A stretch of 64,000 nt of DNA from Dendrobates tinctorius (lineage: Eukaryota): contig NW_027361775.1 in assembly GCF_039654945.1 (NCBI RefSeq), positions 39,618,001-39,682,000 of the forward strand, given 5' to 3'. The translations under genes and the position numbers were made by a program. This document shows positions 24,780-36,175 of this stretch, piece by piece (position 1 is the first letter of the stretch; every line of letters starts with the position of its first letter). Under the pieces are notes generated by a model. That model saw only the letters and a program-made list of their open reading frames with translations, made no database searches and was not told where the DNA came from.

Positions 24780-25010
24780 CCTTTCTCAAACAGATACCCT
24801 GAGCCCCGATCTCATGGATTTTTAAGTCTACTAACTGAACCAATGTCAAGAACTGGCTCAGTTTGCTATGGGTGTAATATCATGTCCAGCCCCAGTGTAA
24901 TGATGGAGAGGGGGTTCAGCTTGACCAAAAGATTCGTGACACCAAGTGGAACAGGTTATCTGTTGTAAGCTTGAAAAATCTAATATTTGTAAAAATTAAT
25001 AAGGCAAACT
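24780..25010 (+). pseudogene. Highly degraded hAT dimerization-domain relic
   Basis: CQELAQFAMGVISCPAPSVMMERGFS...VTP...LIFVKIN. A TIR-like GCTCATCTCTA lies downstream at 26100-26110. Confidence 0.6.
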
Positions 25011-27339
25011 TTCAATAATGTCAATAATTAAATTGTCTCTACCATTTGCTTGCCTGTCTGATCGTTGTCTGTCCTCTACACCATTCTGCTGCTACCTAAG
25101 CAGATGGACCACACTCTGCCAGACATCTTCATCCTGATCAGCATGCCATTTATACTCTAGTACTTCTCCTGATGAAGTTGTCATTGCTGCCTTAAACACG
25201 TCAAAGCATTTTATCTGCCCTGACTTAACTATCAACCATGCTGTCACTGTGTTTCATAGTACTAAACAGTACTGATGATGCTGGAAAATCTACTCTCATG
25301 TTTAAGTACTCTCAAAAAAACAGATCTGAAAACAGGGCTAATTTTTGAAAAGGCTTGATGACAACAACCCAGAATTTCTTCTCATTCAAAACAGTGTCAC
25401 TTTCTTGTCTGCAAAAAAAAGATCATTTTTGGATGGCTTCCAAAAAAGTTTTTTTTATAATTGCCTAATGATTTTGCAAGTAGCAAACCAGTTTTGTACC
25501 CCATAAAAGGTGTACATTTTTTGACTTTCGATTGAGAGGCAATTACTTCTTCAAATGCAAAACATTACAGTGCACTTGTTTTGTTTCCCTATTAATGGGA
25601 TAATTTTTAAACGGCTTATAAAAAGTTATTGCTTCTTCATTTAGAGCAAAGCTCTTTATACTCTCTAAATAAATAAGGATCATTTTTGCACCCATGTGAA
25701 AATGCCACCACTTCTTCCATTTGCACCGTTTGTCAATAAACGACAGGACTGCATGCATCTGCCTGCCAAAAAGGGATAATTTTTAGATGATGTATACAAT
25801 TTAAGTAGCCTAAAAAGGCAATAACTGCAATGTGTTGTTACACATGATCCTGGTTACTTTTGGTTACCATCCATTTTTCCTTAGCAAGATAGGATGTCAT
25901 TTGAACATTAAAAAGACTGTGTGCATTGCAGACACCAAAACATCTTAAATTGGCTCCAAGGGGACCTCGCAGTATTCTGCACATATTTTCCAGTCAATTA
26001 GCCTTTTTTATTAATGTGATTCACTAAAATTAATTCACATCAAATCAAATTTTGAGGGAAAATTTGGCGAAGCCAGATAATTTGAGTTTCAAAAGATCTG
26101 CTCATCTCTATTGATTATTTTTAGAAGTATTTTTATATTTTTATTTGTACTACAGTAAAATAATAGAAATGGAAGGTCATTTTTGATCATAGGTACTTTT
26201 GAAATTGATTGTTAAAGAATAAATTGCAGCATAAAATTGACTACAACGTATAACTAATGGATTCACAGATTTTCTGCAGTTAAGTAAATATGTTTAATAG
26301 TTGAGATATTATATTGCACAAAAGTTTAATTCAACATTGAATAATTAGGCCATAAGAATCAGAAAAGTAACGATATAAAACCTAGTTCAATCTTCAGGTC
26401 ACATATACAGAATATCTACTTAATAAAATGTAAAAACATTTATTCGGATGGTCTCCAGCTGCAAGGTTACACTGGGGTCAGAAGTAATTATTTTAGACTC
26501 TGTGGGTCTCTGTGCTGTTTGTTGCTCAGGGCTCAGAAAGATGTCTTGTTTGTTGAATAAAATTATGCCAGCAGTGAAGTATAATGTGATTCATACTGTA
26601 CATCCTCAAAACACAGGTTGCTAATGGCATTCATGACTAAGAAATACATTCACACTGTAAAGGAATGTAATATTATTTTAACCAATATGTACATTATTTT
26701 GGCAATACATTATAAATAGAGATGAGCGACTTTGCCTTTTTTAGGGTAGAGTCGGGATTCATGAAACCCGACTTTTGCAACAGTCGGGTCGAACAAAATC
26801 GGCCAACTATAGGGAAAAGTCGGAGGCCGATTGGAACACGAAACCCAATGCAAGTCAATGGGGAAGCAAAGTCGGCAGGGAGTGGAGGACAGTAAACACA
26901 CCTACAGTGCCCATTTCAATGCCAAAAACATCAATTCTTATTACTGAAGCTTGTCAACCTTAATTTACTTCATAATAGTAGTTATGCATTGAAAACTGGG
27001 AGTTATTTGGCTAAAGTTGTGGGGGGGGGGCTGGCTCCAGGTTTTCGTGTGCCCTGGGCCAAAGAGCGTCAGTGCGCCCCTTTAACAACTACCACAACTC
27101 ATGATGCTCTGATACGGCACAGAAATATAGGTATAGTACAATGACAAATACTTCACTGCTTATATGACATGACTGATCTATTTTAAATTGTACAATAGCT
27201 CAAAAAAAGGACAGTATATTACTCCATACAGTATGGCCACCACATTGTGTGCCATACAGAACAATGAGCCCCATATATTTCTCCATACAGAATAATTGGT
27301 CACATATAATGTTCCATACAGTATATGATGAGCTCCACA

Positions 27340-28122
27340 TAATGCTACAGTATATGATTGTCCCCATGGACGATGCTCCAGTGTGTTATGGGCCCAAATA
27401 ATGCTCCATATGTAATGGGCTCCATTTCTAATGGTCCAGTGTATAATAGGCCCCGTAAATGCTTTTCCAGGGTCTGATGTCCCCCATTTGGAATGCTCCA
27501 GTATATGATGGGCCTCATGGATGATGCTCCAGTTTATGATGGGCCCTAATAATGCTCCATATATAATGGGCTCCATTTCTAATGCTCCAGTGTGTAATGG
27601 GCCCCGTAAATGCTGCTCCAGTGTCTGATGTCCCCCATTTGGAATGCTCCAGTATATGGTGGGCCTCATGGATGATGCTCCAGTGTATGATGGGCCCTAA
27701 TAATGCTCCATATATAATGGGCTCCATTTCTAATGCTCCAGTATGTAATGGGCCCCATAAGTGCTGCTCCAGTGTCTGATGTCCCCCATTTGGAATGCTC
27801 CAGTATATGTTGGTCCCCATGGATGATGCTCTAGTGTCTTATGGGCCCTAATAATGCTCCATATATAATGGGCTCCATTTCTAATGCTCCAGTGTATAAT
27901 GGGCCCCATAAATGCTCCTCCAGTGTCTGATGTCCCCCATTTGGAATGCTCCATTATATGATGGGCCGCATGGATGATGATCCAGTGTATGATGGGCCCT
28001 AATAATCCTCAATATATAATGAGCTCTATTTCTAATGCTCCAGTGTATAATGGGCCCTGTAAATGCTACTACAGTGTCTGATGTCCCCCATTTGGAATGC
28101 TCCAGTATATGATGGGCCCCAT
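27340..28122. repeat. 151-bp higher-order tandem repeat (~5 copies) built from ~30-bp subunits
   Basis: GTGTCTGATGTCCCCCATTTGGAATGC at 27470, 27621, 27772, 27923 and 28074 (period 151). Subunit core ATGCTCCAGTGTATGATGGGCCC. Confidence 0.92.
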
Positions 28123-28124
28123 TT

Positions 28125-29607
28125 TTAATGAACCCAGGCATGGTATGTGAAAAGAGCTCCATGGAGTTATCTGAAGTGTGTGCTGCCACATCCTTCACTT
28201 TTGGTGTGGGTGAAGGACACAAGGAAAGGGGTTGCTCCTGACCAGAAGCCTGCACTGACGACTCAGAGCTTGCATTTTTTGAAACTTCAGAAGAGGAGGT
28301 AATAGAGCTTGAGGCTGTTTCAGCAATGTAAGCCAAAAACAGTTCCTGATGCTCTGGCTTTAAAAGCAGTCTACCTACTCCCAGAAAAGGGAGCCTTACT
28401 GGCCTTCCGGAGCTACACCATGACACAGGCTCAACACCTCCTGCCTTAGCTGCTACGTGGACGTGGGGGGGCCACCACCATCAGTACCAGGTGGCCCCCC
28501 CACGTCCACGTCCGTGTCCTCTTCCACCATACTTCCTCATGTTTTGGAAAATGGACCCAAAACACCAGCAGATATATGGTACTGTATCAGAAGCGTACAA
28601 CTCTATACAGTCTAGGGATAACAGTAAATCTCCGTATATATTTCATGAGTCATACACAGACGCTCACAGGCTCAGTATGGATTACACAATAAAATAAAAA
28701 GTTGAAAAAGGGTACAGCATCACCAGATACAAGGTATATATAGTATAGTGTAAACATTCTGAATCTCCGTATATATTTCAGGAGGCAGACACAAACGCTC
28801 TCAGGCCCAGTATGGATTACACAAGAATATGAAAAGCTGTAAATGGGTAATGTAACACAAGCTTACAGCTGTATACAGTGTTGGGGTAATCTTTAATCTC
28901 CAAATATATTTCCGGAGTAACAGAGAGACATTCACAGGCTCATTATGGATTACACCAGAATCTAAATAGCAAAAAAGGTTACTGTATCAGAAGTGTACAG
29001 CTGTGTACAGTGTTGGCCAAATTTGAAATCTCGGTATATATTTTTGGAGTCACCCTTAGACGCTCACTCAGTCTGGGTTTGACCATAATAAAAAATGTTG
29101 TAAAAAAGGTACTGGATAACAAGATAGCAAGTATATATATTATAGGGTACAATTGAAATCTCCGTATACATAGTCCCGTAATCACTATCAGACGCTTACT
29201 CAGTATGGATTTGACCGTAATACTAAATGTCGAACAAAGGTACTGTATAACAAGATACAAGCTGAATCGAGTATAGGGTAAAAAATGTGTTTTTCCTGAC
29301 CAGAACCCTGCACTGATGACTCCGTGCTTGCAGGTTTCGAATGTTCAGAAGAGGAGGCAATAGAGCTGGTGGCTGTTTTGGCAATGTTGGCCAAAACCTG
29401 TTCCTGATGCTCCGGCTTTAAAAGCGGTTTTCCTACTCCAAGAAAAGGGAAACTTACAGGCCTTCTTGGGCCAGACAATAACGTAGGCTCAAAACCTGCG
29501 TTAGCTGCTATTGTGCTTTTGCCAGAACCAGCCGATGCACCACAACCATCACTACCAGCCGTGCCCCACTGCCCACGTCCGCGGCCTCTTCCACCATACT
29601 TCCTCAT
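28125..29607 (-). pseudogene. Two copies of a putative hAT transposase 5' coding module (MRKYGGRGRGRG...LLKPEHQE)
   Basis: Near-duplicate minus-strand segments at ~28125-28541 and ~29290-29607. They lie downstream of the element's 5' TIR and are truncated before any catalytic domain. Confidence 0.55.
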
Positions 29608-30720
29608 GTTTGGGAAAATGTACCAAAAAGACCAGCAGAGAGATGGTACTGTATGAGGAGCATCCAGCTGTGTAAGGTGTATTAAAAAAATTAAATCTAT
29701 GTATATATTTTGTTAGTCACAGATGCTCTTCCAGTATGTATTTGACCGTAATCCAAAAAGCAGATATACGGTACTGTATCAGAAGTGTACAGCTGTATAC
29801 GCTTTTTGTGTAACTAACAATCTCCGCATATGTATTTACAGAGTGTCCCACACACGCTGACTCTGTATAGATTTGACTGTAATGCGAACAGCAGATATAC
29901 AATACTCTTTGAGAATCGGACAGCTCAATACGGTGTATGGAGAAATGGAAATGTCCATATATGTATTTACGGAGTGTCACACACACACGCTGACTCTGTA
30001 TAGATGTGACTGTAATGCGAACAGCAGATATACATTACTGTTTGAGAATCGGACAGCTCAATATGGTGTATGGAAAAATGGAATTGTCCATATATGTATT
30101 TACGGAGTGTCACACACACATGCTGACTCTGTATAGATGTGACCGTAATGCGAACGGCAGATATACAATACTGCTTGAGAATCGGACAGCTCTATATGGT
30201 GTCTGTATGGAAAATTGTAAATCTCCGTCTATTTTTATACGGAGTGACACACGCTGTCTCTGTATAGTTTTGACCGTTATCAAACAGCAGATATATGAAA
30301 CTGTTTGAAAAGCGGACAGCTCTATAGGTTGTAGGTCTGGAAAAATGGAAAATCTCCTCGGTTTGTTTTTCCAGAGTCACACACAGATAGCTTGTATTTG
30401 TCCGTGATACCAGCCAGTACACGGTAGTGTGTGAGAAGCGTACACCGCTATAGTGTCTGTATGGAAAATTGTAAATCTCCGTCTATTTTTATACGGAGTG
30501 ACACACGCTGTCTCTGTATAGTTTTGACCATTATCAAACAGCAGATATATGAAACTGTTTGAAAAGCGGACAGCTCTATACGGTGTAGGTCTGGAAAAAT
30601 GGAAAATCTCCTTGGTTTGTTTTTCCAGAGTCACACACAGATAGCTTGCATTTGTCCGTGATACCAGCCAGTACATGGTAGTGTGTGAGGAGCGTACACC
30701 GCTATACGGTGTGTGAAAAA
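28560..30720. repeat. Diverged ~115-240-bp subterminal tandem repeats of the hAT element
   Basis: Recurring AAATCTCCGTATATATTT..GGAGT..CACACACGCT..CTCAGTATGGATT motif. Near-perfect duplicated blocks at 29850-30200 and 30200-30710. Confidence 0.8.
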
Positions 30721-31658
30721 ATGAAAGCTCGGTAACTGACCAGAACAAAAATAATAAAAGTTGGAGTGCTTTGAAAAAAGCAGTTTGAACAGCAGTGTGC
30801 ACACAGCAATGCAGCTATCAGGTAGCCTTAAAAGGCAGCCTAATCACCACCAGCGCTGCTGCACACAACAAAAATCTTCCCCTTTAACTGCACACTAACT
30901 GTACAGTGAAAAGCGCTAGCAGCAGAAGCTATTTTTCTTCTTCCCTGCCTAATGCTCTCCCTATTCAGAATCAGCAGCAGCACCTCTCCCTATTCTAATA
31001 TCGGCAGAAGTAAGATGGCGGTTGGCGGTCACGGCCTTTTATAGCCACTGTGACACCACACAAAGCCAGCCAATCACTTCAATGCCCTTCTCTAAGATGG
31101 TGGTGGCCGCTGTCCATGTCATCGCGTTGCCCACAGTGTGCGTCCTCCATCATTGGCTGAGAAAAGGCGCTGGAAAGATTATTTGAAACGCGACTTTGAC
31201 GCTCTGATCGGCGACCTTATGGCCGACCTCATGCTATGGTCGGGGTTCGATCGGCGAAACCCAACTTTAGCTAAAGTCGGCGACTTTTGAATTTGACCGA
31301 CCCGTTTCGCTCAATTCTAATTATAAACAGAATATGGATATTGATGTAAATGATTAATGAGTCAGTAATTACTTGTTCAACACAAAAAGATTGTTAACCA
31401 TTGAAGGACCAGTATACAGTGAGGAAAAAAGTAGTCAGCCACCAATTGTGTAAGTTAAAAAAATAAGAGAGGCCTGTAATTGACATCATAGGTAGACTAC
31501 ATCTATGAGAGTCAAAATGAGAAAACAAATCCAGAAATTAACCTTGTCTGATTTGGCAAGATTGTTCAAAATATGGTGAAAAAAAAGTATTTGGTCATTA
31601 ACAAAAGTTCATCTCAATATTTTGCTATATATCCTTTGTTGGCAATGACAGAGGTCAA

Positions 31659-32480
31659 TCATTAGAATAAAATTGACCTTTATTGAAAATAATCTAAAAA
31701 CAAGACAATCACACAGAAATACCAACAACTAACTGTGTCACCTATTGTGGCCCTACACTGGGGCCCTGATAATGACTACCTACCAGCGGAGGTTGGCAAC
31801 CTAGACAAAATCGAGATTGGTGCCCCCGCTCCACGATGGCTGACCCTAGTGCTCCTAAATAACCCTGGACTGGTGCAGCATACAGTCACCCATTTAACCA
31901 GGAAAGGAGTGTAAAGATGTCGTCGATATAGGTAGATTAATAGGCAACAATAGAAAAAGTGCAAAAAAAGTGCTGTAAACACAAGTCAAAAAGTGACATA
32001 TGCAGACAAATGAGTACCTGACTATACTGTTCTCTGTGACTGACACCTTCCTGTCAGCGGAGGTTGGCACCCTACTGGTCAGCGGAATGGCGCCCCCGCT
32101 CCACGACGGCTCCACGATAGCTATCCCTTAAGTCCCTGATGTGACTAATATTAAATCAAATAACGGTAGCAGAACAATAGATTACCAGAAGATACACTTT
32201 AACCCAATGGTCCATTCATGACCCATATGGAAAAAAGTATATCTTGAATCTTGAATAGAGGCAAAATTGTACGATAGGTAGTCATTATCAGGGCCCCAGT
32301 GTAGGGCCACAATAGGTGACACGGTTAGTTGTTGGTATTTTTGTGTGATTGTCTTGTTTTTAGATTATTTTCAATAAAGGTCAATTTTATTCTAATGATT
32401 GATCTCTGTCATTGCCAACAAAGGATATATAGCAAACTCACAAATTGAATTTTTGAGCTTACGCTTCTATTTAACTTTAA
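31659..32480. mobile_element. Unclassified fold-back insertion (possibly Penelope-like or other non-LTR)
   Basis: 162-bp inverted arms at 31621-31782 and 32275-32436. The insertion is bracketed by a 17-bp duplication GCAA(T/G)GACAGAGGTCAA (31642-31658 and 36600-36616). Confidence 0.6.
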
Positions 32481-33866
32481 CCCCTTTCTGACATCAGACG
32501 TACTATCCCGTCCATGGGACCCGGGCCCCTATGCTCATGGACGGGATAGTACGTCTAGCGCGATCAGCTGCACTCACGGGGGAGTCAGCTGACACCCGGC
32601 ACTATGTGTCAGGGGCCGTCACGGACGGCCCCCGACACTTTAACCCCTTGCACACCGTGATCAAACACGATCGTGGTGTACCGGGGATTAAAGGGAAGCA
32701 TCGGCAGGAAGGGGGATCCCTCCGCACTTCCCTGAGCCCCCCACAGCAGCGCAATGTGCAGCGCTGCTGCGGGGGGCTCCATCCCTGCAGGTCTCCGAAT
32801 CTAAGATGGCGACAGGGACCTTCGGGGGCCTGCAGGGAGCTGGCTTCCTCAGTGCCTGCAAAGCGCAGGCATGAGGAAGTCTGCGTCTATGCCTGTGACA
32901 GTGATCTGTGATGTGACAGAGCAGCGATCTGTCTAAGGACAATGATGACCCCCGGGGACAACCTAATAAAGTTAAAAAAAAGTGTAAAAATAATATTTTA
33001 AATATCTCTAAATAAATTAAAAAAAAAAAAATTCCCTAATAAATTAATTTTTTGGAAATAAAAAAAAAAACAATAAAAGTACACATATTTGGTATCTCTG
33101 TGTCCGTAACGACCCGCCCTATAAAACTATGCCATTAGTTAACCCCTTTAGCGAACCCCTTAAAAAATAAAAATAAAAAACAAAGCAAAAAATAATGATT
33201 TATTATCATACCGCCGAACAAAAAGTGCAATCACGCGCGATCAAAAAGACACATATAAATATCAATGGTACCACTGAAAACATCATCTTGTCCTGCAAAA
33301 AATGAGCCACCATACAGCATCATCAGCAAAAAAGTTATAGCTTGCAGAATAAAGCAATGCAAAAATAATTATTTTTTATATAAAATTGTTTTCATTGCAT
33401 AAAACCGCCAAAACATTAAAAAAAACATAAATGAAGTATTGCTGTAACCGTACTGACCCAAAGAATAAAAGCGCCTTATCAATTTTACCGCACGCGGAAC
33501 GGTGTAAACGCACCCCCCAAAAGAAATTCTTGAAATGCTGGTTTTTGTTCATTCTGCGTCCCAAAAATTGTAATAAAAAGAGATCAAAAAATGTCATGCA
33601 CCCGAAAATGGTACCAATAAAAACGTCAACTCGTCCCGCAAAAAATAAGACCTCACATGACTCTGTGGGTCAAAATACGGAAAAGTTATAGGTCTCAAAA
33701 TGTGTTGATGCAAAAACTATTTTTACAATAAAAAGCGTCTTTTAGCGTGCGATAGTGCCAAAAATAAAAACCTGCCATAAATAGTAAATCAAACCCCCCA
33801 TTATCACGCCCTTAGTTAGGGAAAAAGAATAAAATTAAAAAAAATGTATTTATTTCCATTTTCCCA

Positions 33867-33972
33867 TTAGGGTTAGGGTTAGGTCTAGGGTTAGGGCTAG
33901 GGCTAGGGTTAGAGCTAGGGTTAGGGCTAGGGCTGAGATTAGGGTTAGGGGTGTGTTGGGGTTAGGGTTGGA
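33867..33972 (+). repeat. Telomere-like (TTAGGG/CTAGGG)n tract inside the transposon
   Basis: TTAGGGTTAGGGTTAGGTCTAGGGTTAGGGCTAGGGCTAGGG... A homologous tract lies at 60385-60475. Confidence 0.9.
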
Positions 33973-33979
33973 GTAGAAT

Positions 33980-35627
33980 TGGGGGGTTTCCACTGTTTGG
34001 GCACATCAGGTGCTCTCCAAACGCAACATGGCGTCTGATCTCAATTCCAGCCAATTCTGCGTTGAAAATGTCAAATGGTGCTCCTTCCCTTCCAACCTCT
34101 GCCATGCTCCCAAACAGTGGTTTACCCCAACATATGGGGTATCAGCCTGCTCAGGACAAATTGCACAACAACTCTTGAGGTCCAATTTCTCCTGTTACCC
34201 TTAGGAAAATAAAAAATTGGGGGCAAAAATATCATTTTTGTGGAAAAAAATGATTTTTTTATTTTCATGCCCGGACGTTATAAACTTCTGTGAAGCACTT
34301 GGGGGTTCAAAGTGCTCACCACATATCTAGATAAGTTCCGTGGGGGGGGTCTAATTTCCAAAATGGGGTCACTTGTGGGGAGTTTCCACAGTTTAGGCAC
34401 ATCAGAGGCTCTCCAAATGCGACATGACACCCGCAAACTATTCCATCAAAGTCTGCATTCCAAAACGTCACTACTTCCCTTCCGAGCCCTGACGTGTGCC
34501 CATACAGTAGTTTTCTCCCACATATGGGGTATCAGCGTACTCAGGACAAATTGGACAACAACTGTTGGGGTCCAATTTCTCCTGTTACCCTTGGGAAAAT
34601 AAAAAAGTTGGGGACTAAAAGATCATGTTTGTGGAAAAAATATGATTTTTTTATTTTCACGTTCGGGCATTATAAACTTCTGTGAAGCACTGGGGGGTTC
34701 AAAGTGCTCAACACACATCTGGATAAGTTCCGTGGGGGGGTCTAGTTTCCAAAATGGGGTCACTTGTGGGGAGTTTCAATAGTTTAGGCACATCAGAGGC
34801 TCTCCAAATGCGACATGACACCCGCAAACCAATCCATCAAAGTCTGCATTCCAAAACGTCACTACTTCCCTTCCGAGCCCCGACGTGTGCCCATACAGTA
34901 GTTTTCTCCCACATATCGGGTATCAGGGTACTCAGGACAAATTGGACAACAACTTTTGGGGTCCAATTTCTCCTGTTACCCTTGGGAAAATGAAAAAATT
35001 GGGGACTAAAAGATCATGTTTGTGGAAAAAATATGATTTTTTTATTTTCATGCCTGGGCGTGATAAGCTTCTATGATGCACTGGGGGGTTCAAAGTGCTC
35101 ACCAGACATCTAGATAAGTTCCTTAGGGGGTCTAGTTTCCAAAATGGTGTCATTTGTGGGGGGTTTCCACTGTTTTGGTACATCAGGGGCTTTCCAAACG
35201 CGACATGGTGTCCGATCTTAATTCCAGTCAAAAAAGTCAAATGGCGCTACTTCCCTTCTGAGCTCTGCCATGCGCCCAAATAGTGGTTTACCCCCACATA
35301 TGGGGTATCAGCGTACTCAGGACAAATTGCACAATATTTTTTAGGGTCCTGTTACCCTTGAAAAAATAAAAATTGAGGGTAAAAAGATCATTTTTGTGGA
35401 AAAAATTTGCTTTTTTAATTGTACGGCTGTACGTTATAAACTTCTGTGAAGCCCTTGGGGATTCAAAGTTCTCGCCACACATCTAGATAAGTTCCTTGGG
35501 GGGTCTAGTTTCCAAAATGGTGTCATTTGTGGGGGGTTTCCACTGTTTTGGTACATCAGGGGCTTTCCAACGCGACACGGTGTCCGATCTTAATTCCAGT
35601 CAAAAAAGTCAAATGGCGCTACTTCCT
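33980..35627. repeat. Internal ~370-390-bp tandem units of the piggyBac-like element (~4.5 copies)
   Basis: CTAGATAAGTTCC...TTTCCAAAATGG.GTCA.TTGTGGG at ~34360, 34750, 35140 and 35515. Confidence 0.9.
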
Positions 35628-36175
35628 GTCACGTCTCCGTCAGATTTGGGTCCTGCTGTTCCGGTCGCAGCCACTAGGAGGTGCCGGGCCGCCACTTCGC
35701 CGTCAGACTCGGGGACGGCTGTTCCTGCCTCGGCCACTGGGAGGCGCCGTGGTTCTATTACGTCGCCGTCAGACTCAGGGCCTATGGTCCCAGCTTTAGC
35801 CACTAGGAGGCGCCGGTCTGTCACGACACCGTTGGATTCGAGGCCTGCTGTTCCGGTCACGACCACTAGGAGGCGCCAGACCGCCACTTCACTGTCAGAC
35901 TCGGGGACGGCTGTTCCTGCCTCGGCCACTGGGAGGCGCCGTGGTCCGCCCGTGAGTTATGGTGGTGATAGAGAAGTGGCTCCTGCGCAGGCATCTGGTG
36001 GGCGCAGGCTCCGCCCCTCTGTCAGTCATCATGGGGTTACTGCAACACCATCTGGCCTGGTCCTGGGGATGGCCCTAATGACATCACCAGTCCAGGAACC
36101 TGTGAGGGATGACCTGATCCCTCAAATACCTTGGGACTGGTCTTGCAAGCCGTCGGATATATTCTTGGTTCCCCT
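35627..36175 (+). repeat. GC-rich foreign insert with five ~63-66-bp tandem units (possibly a truncated LTR)
   Basis: Begins TGTCACG. Units CCGTCAGACTCGGG..CTGTTCC..GCCACTAGGAGGCGCC span 35627-35945. It replaces host sequence that is present in the sister copies. Confidence 0.7.

Larger units (their letters stand above)
26717..31319 (-). mobile_element. Non-autonomous hAT element related to the element at 1-7138
   Basis: TIRs TAGAGATGAGCGA / TCGCTCAATTCTA and perfect 8-bp TSD ATTATAAA (26709-26716 and 31320-31327). The first ~450 bp are the reverse complement of 6700-7138. No DDE core. Confidence 0.95.

Noticed and set aside
14488-25180. Other CTGATGA occurrences (near 14489, 15370, 16608 and 25169) as hammerheads
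   Set aside because: None has a stem II followed by GAAA and a closing stem III/I.
31913-31930. Minus-strand YIDDIF RT-like motif in the fold-back insert
   Set aside because: Flanked by stops within a few codons with no other RT motifs. It may be chance.
33867-33972. True telomere or chromosome-fusion scar
   Set aside because: The tract is short, degenerate, single-orientation and at the same position within two transposon copies.
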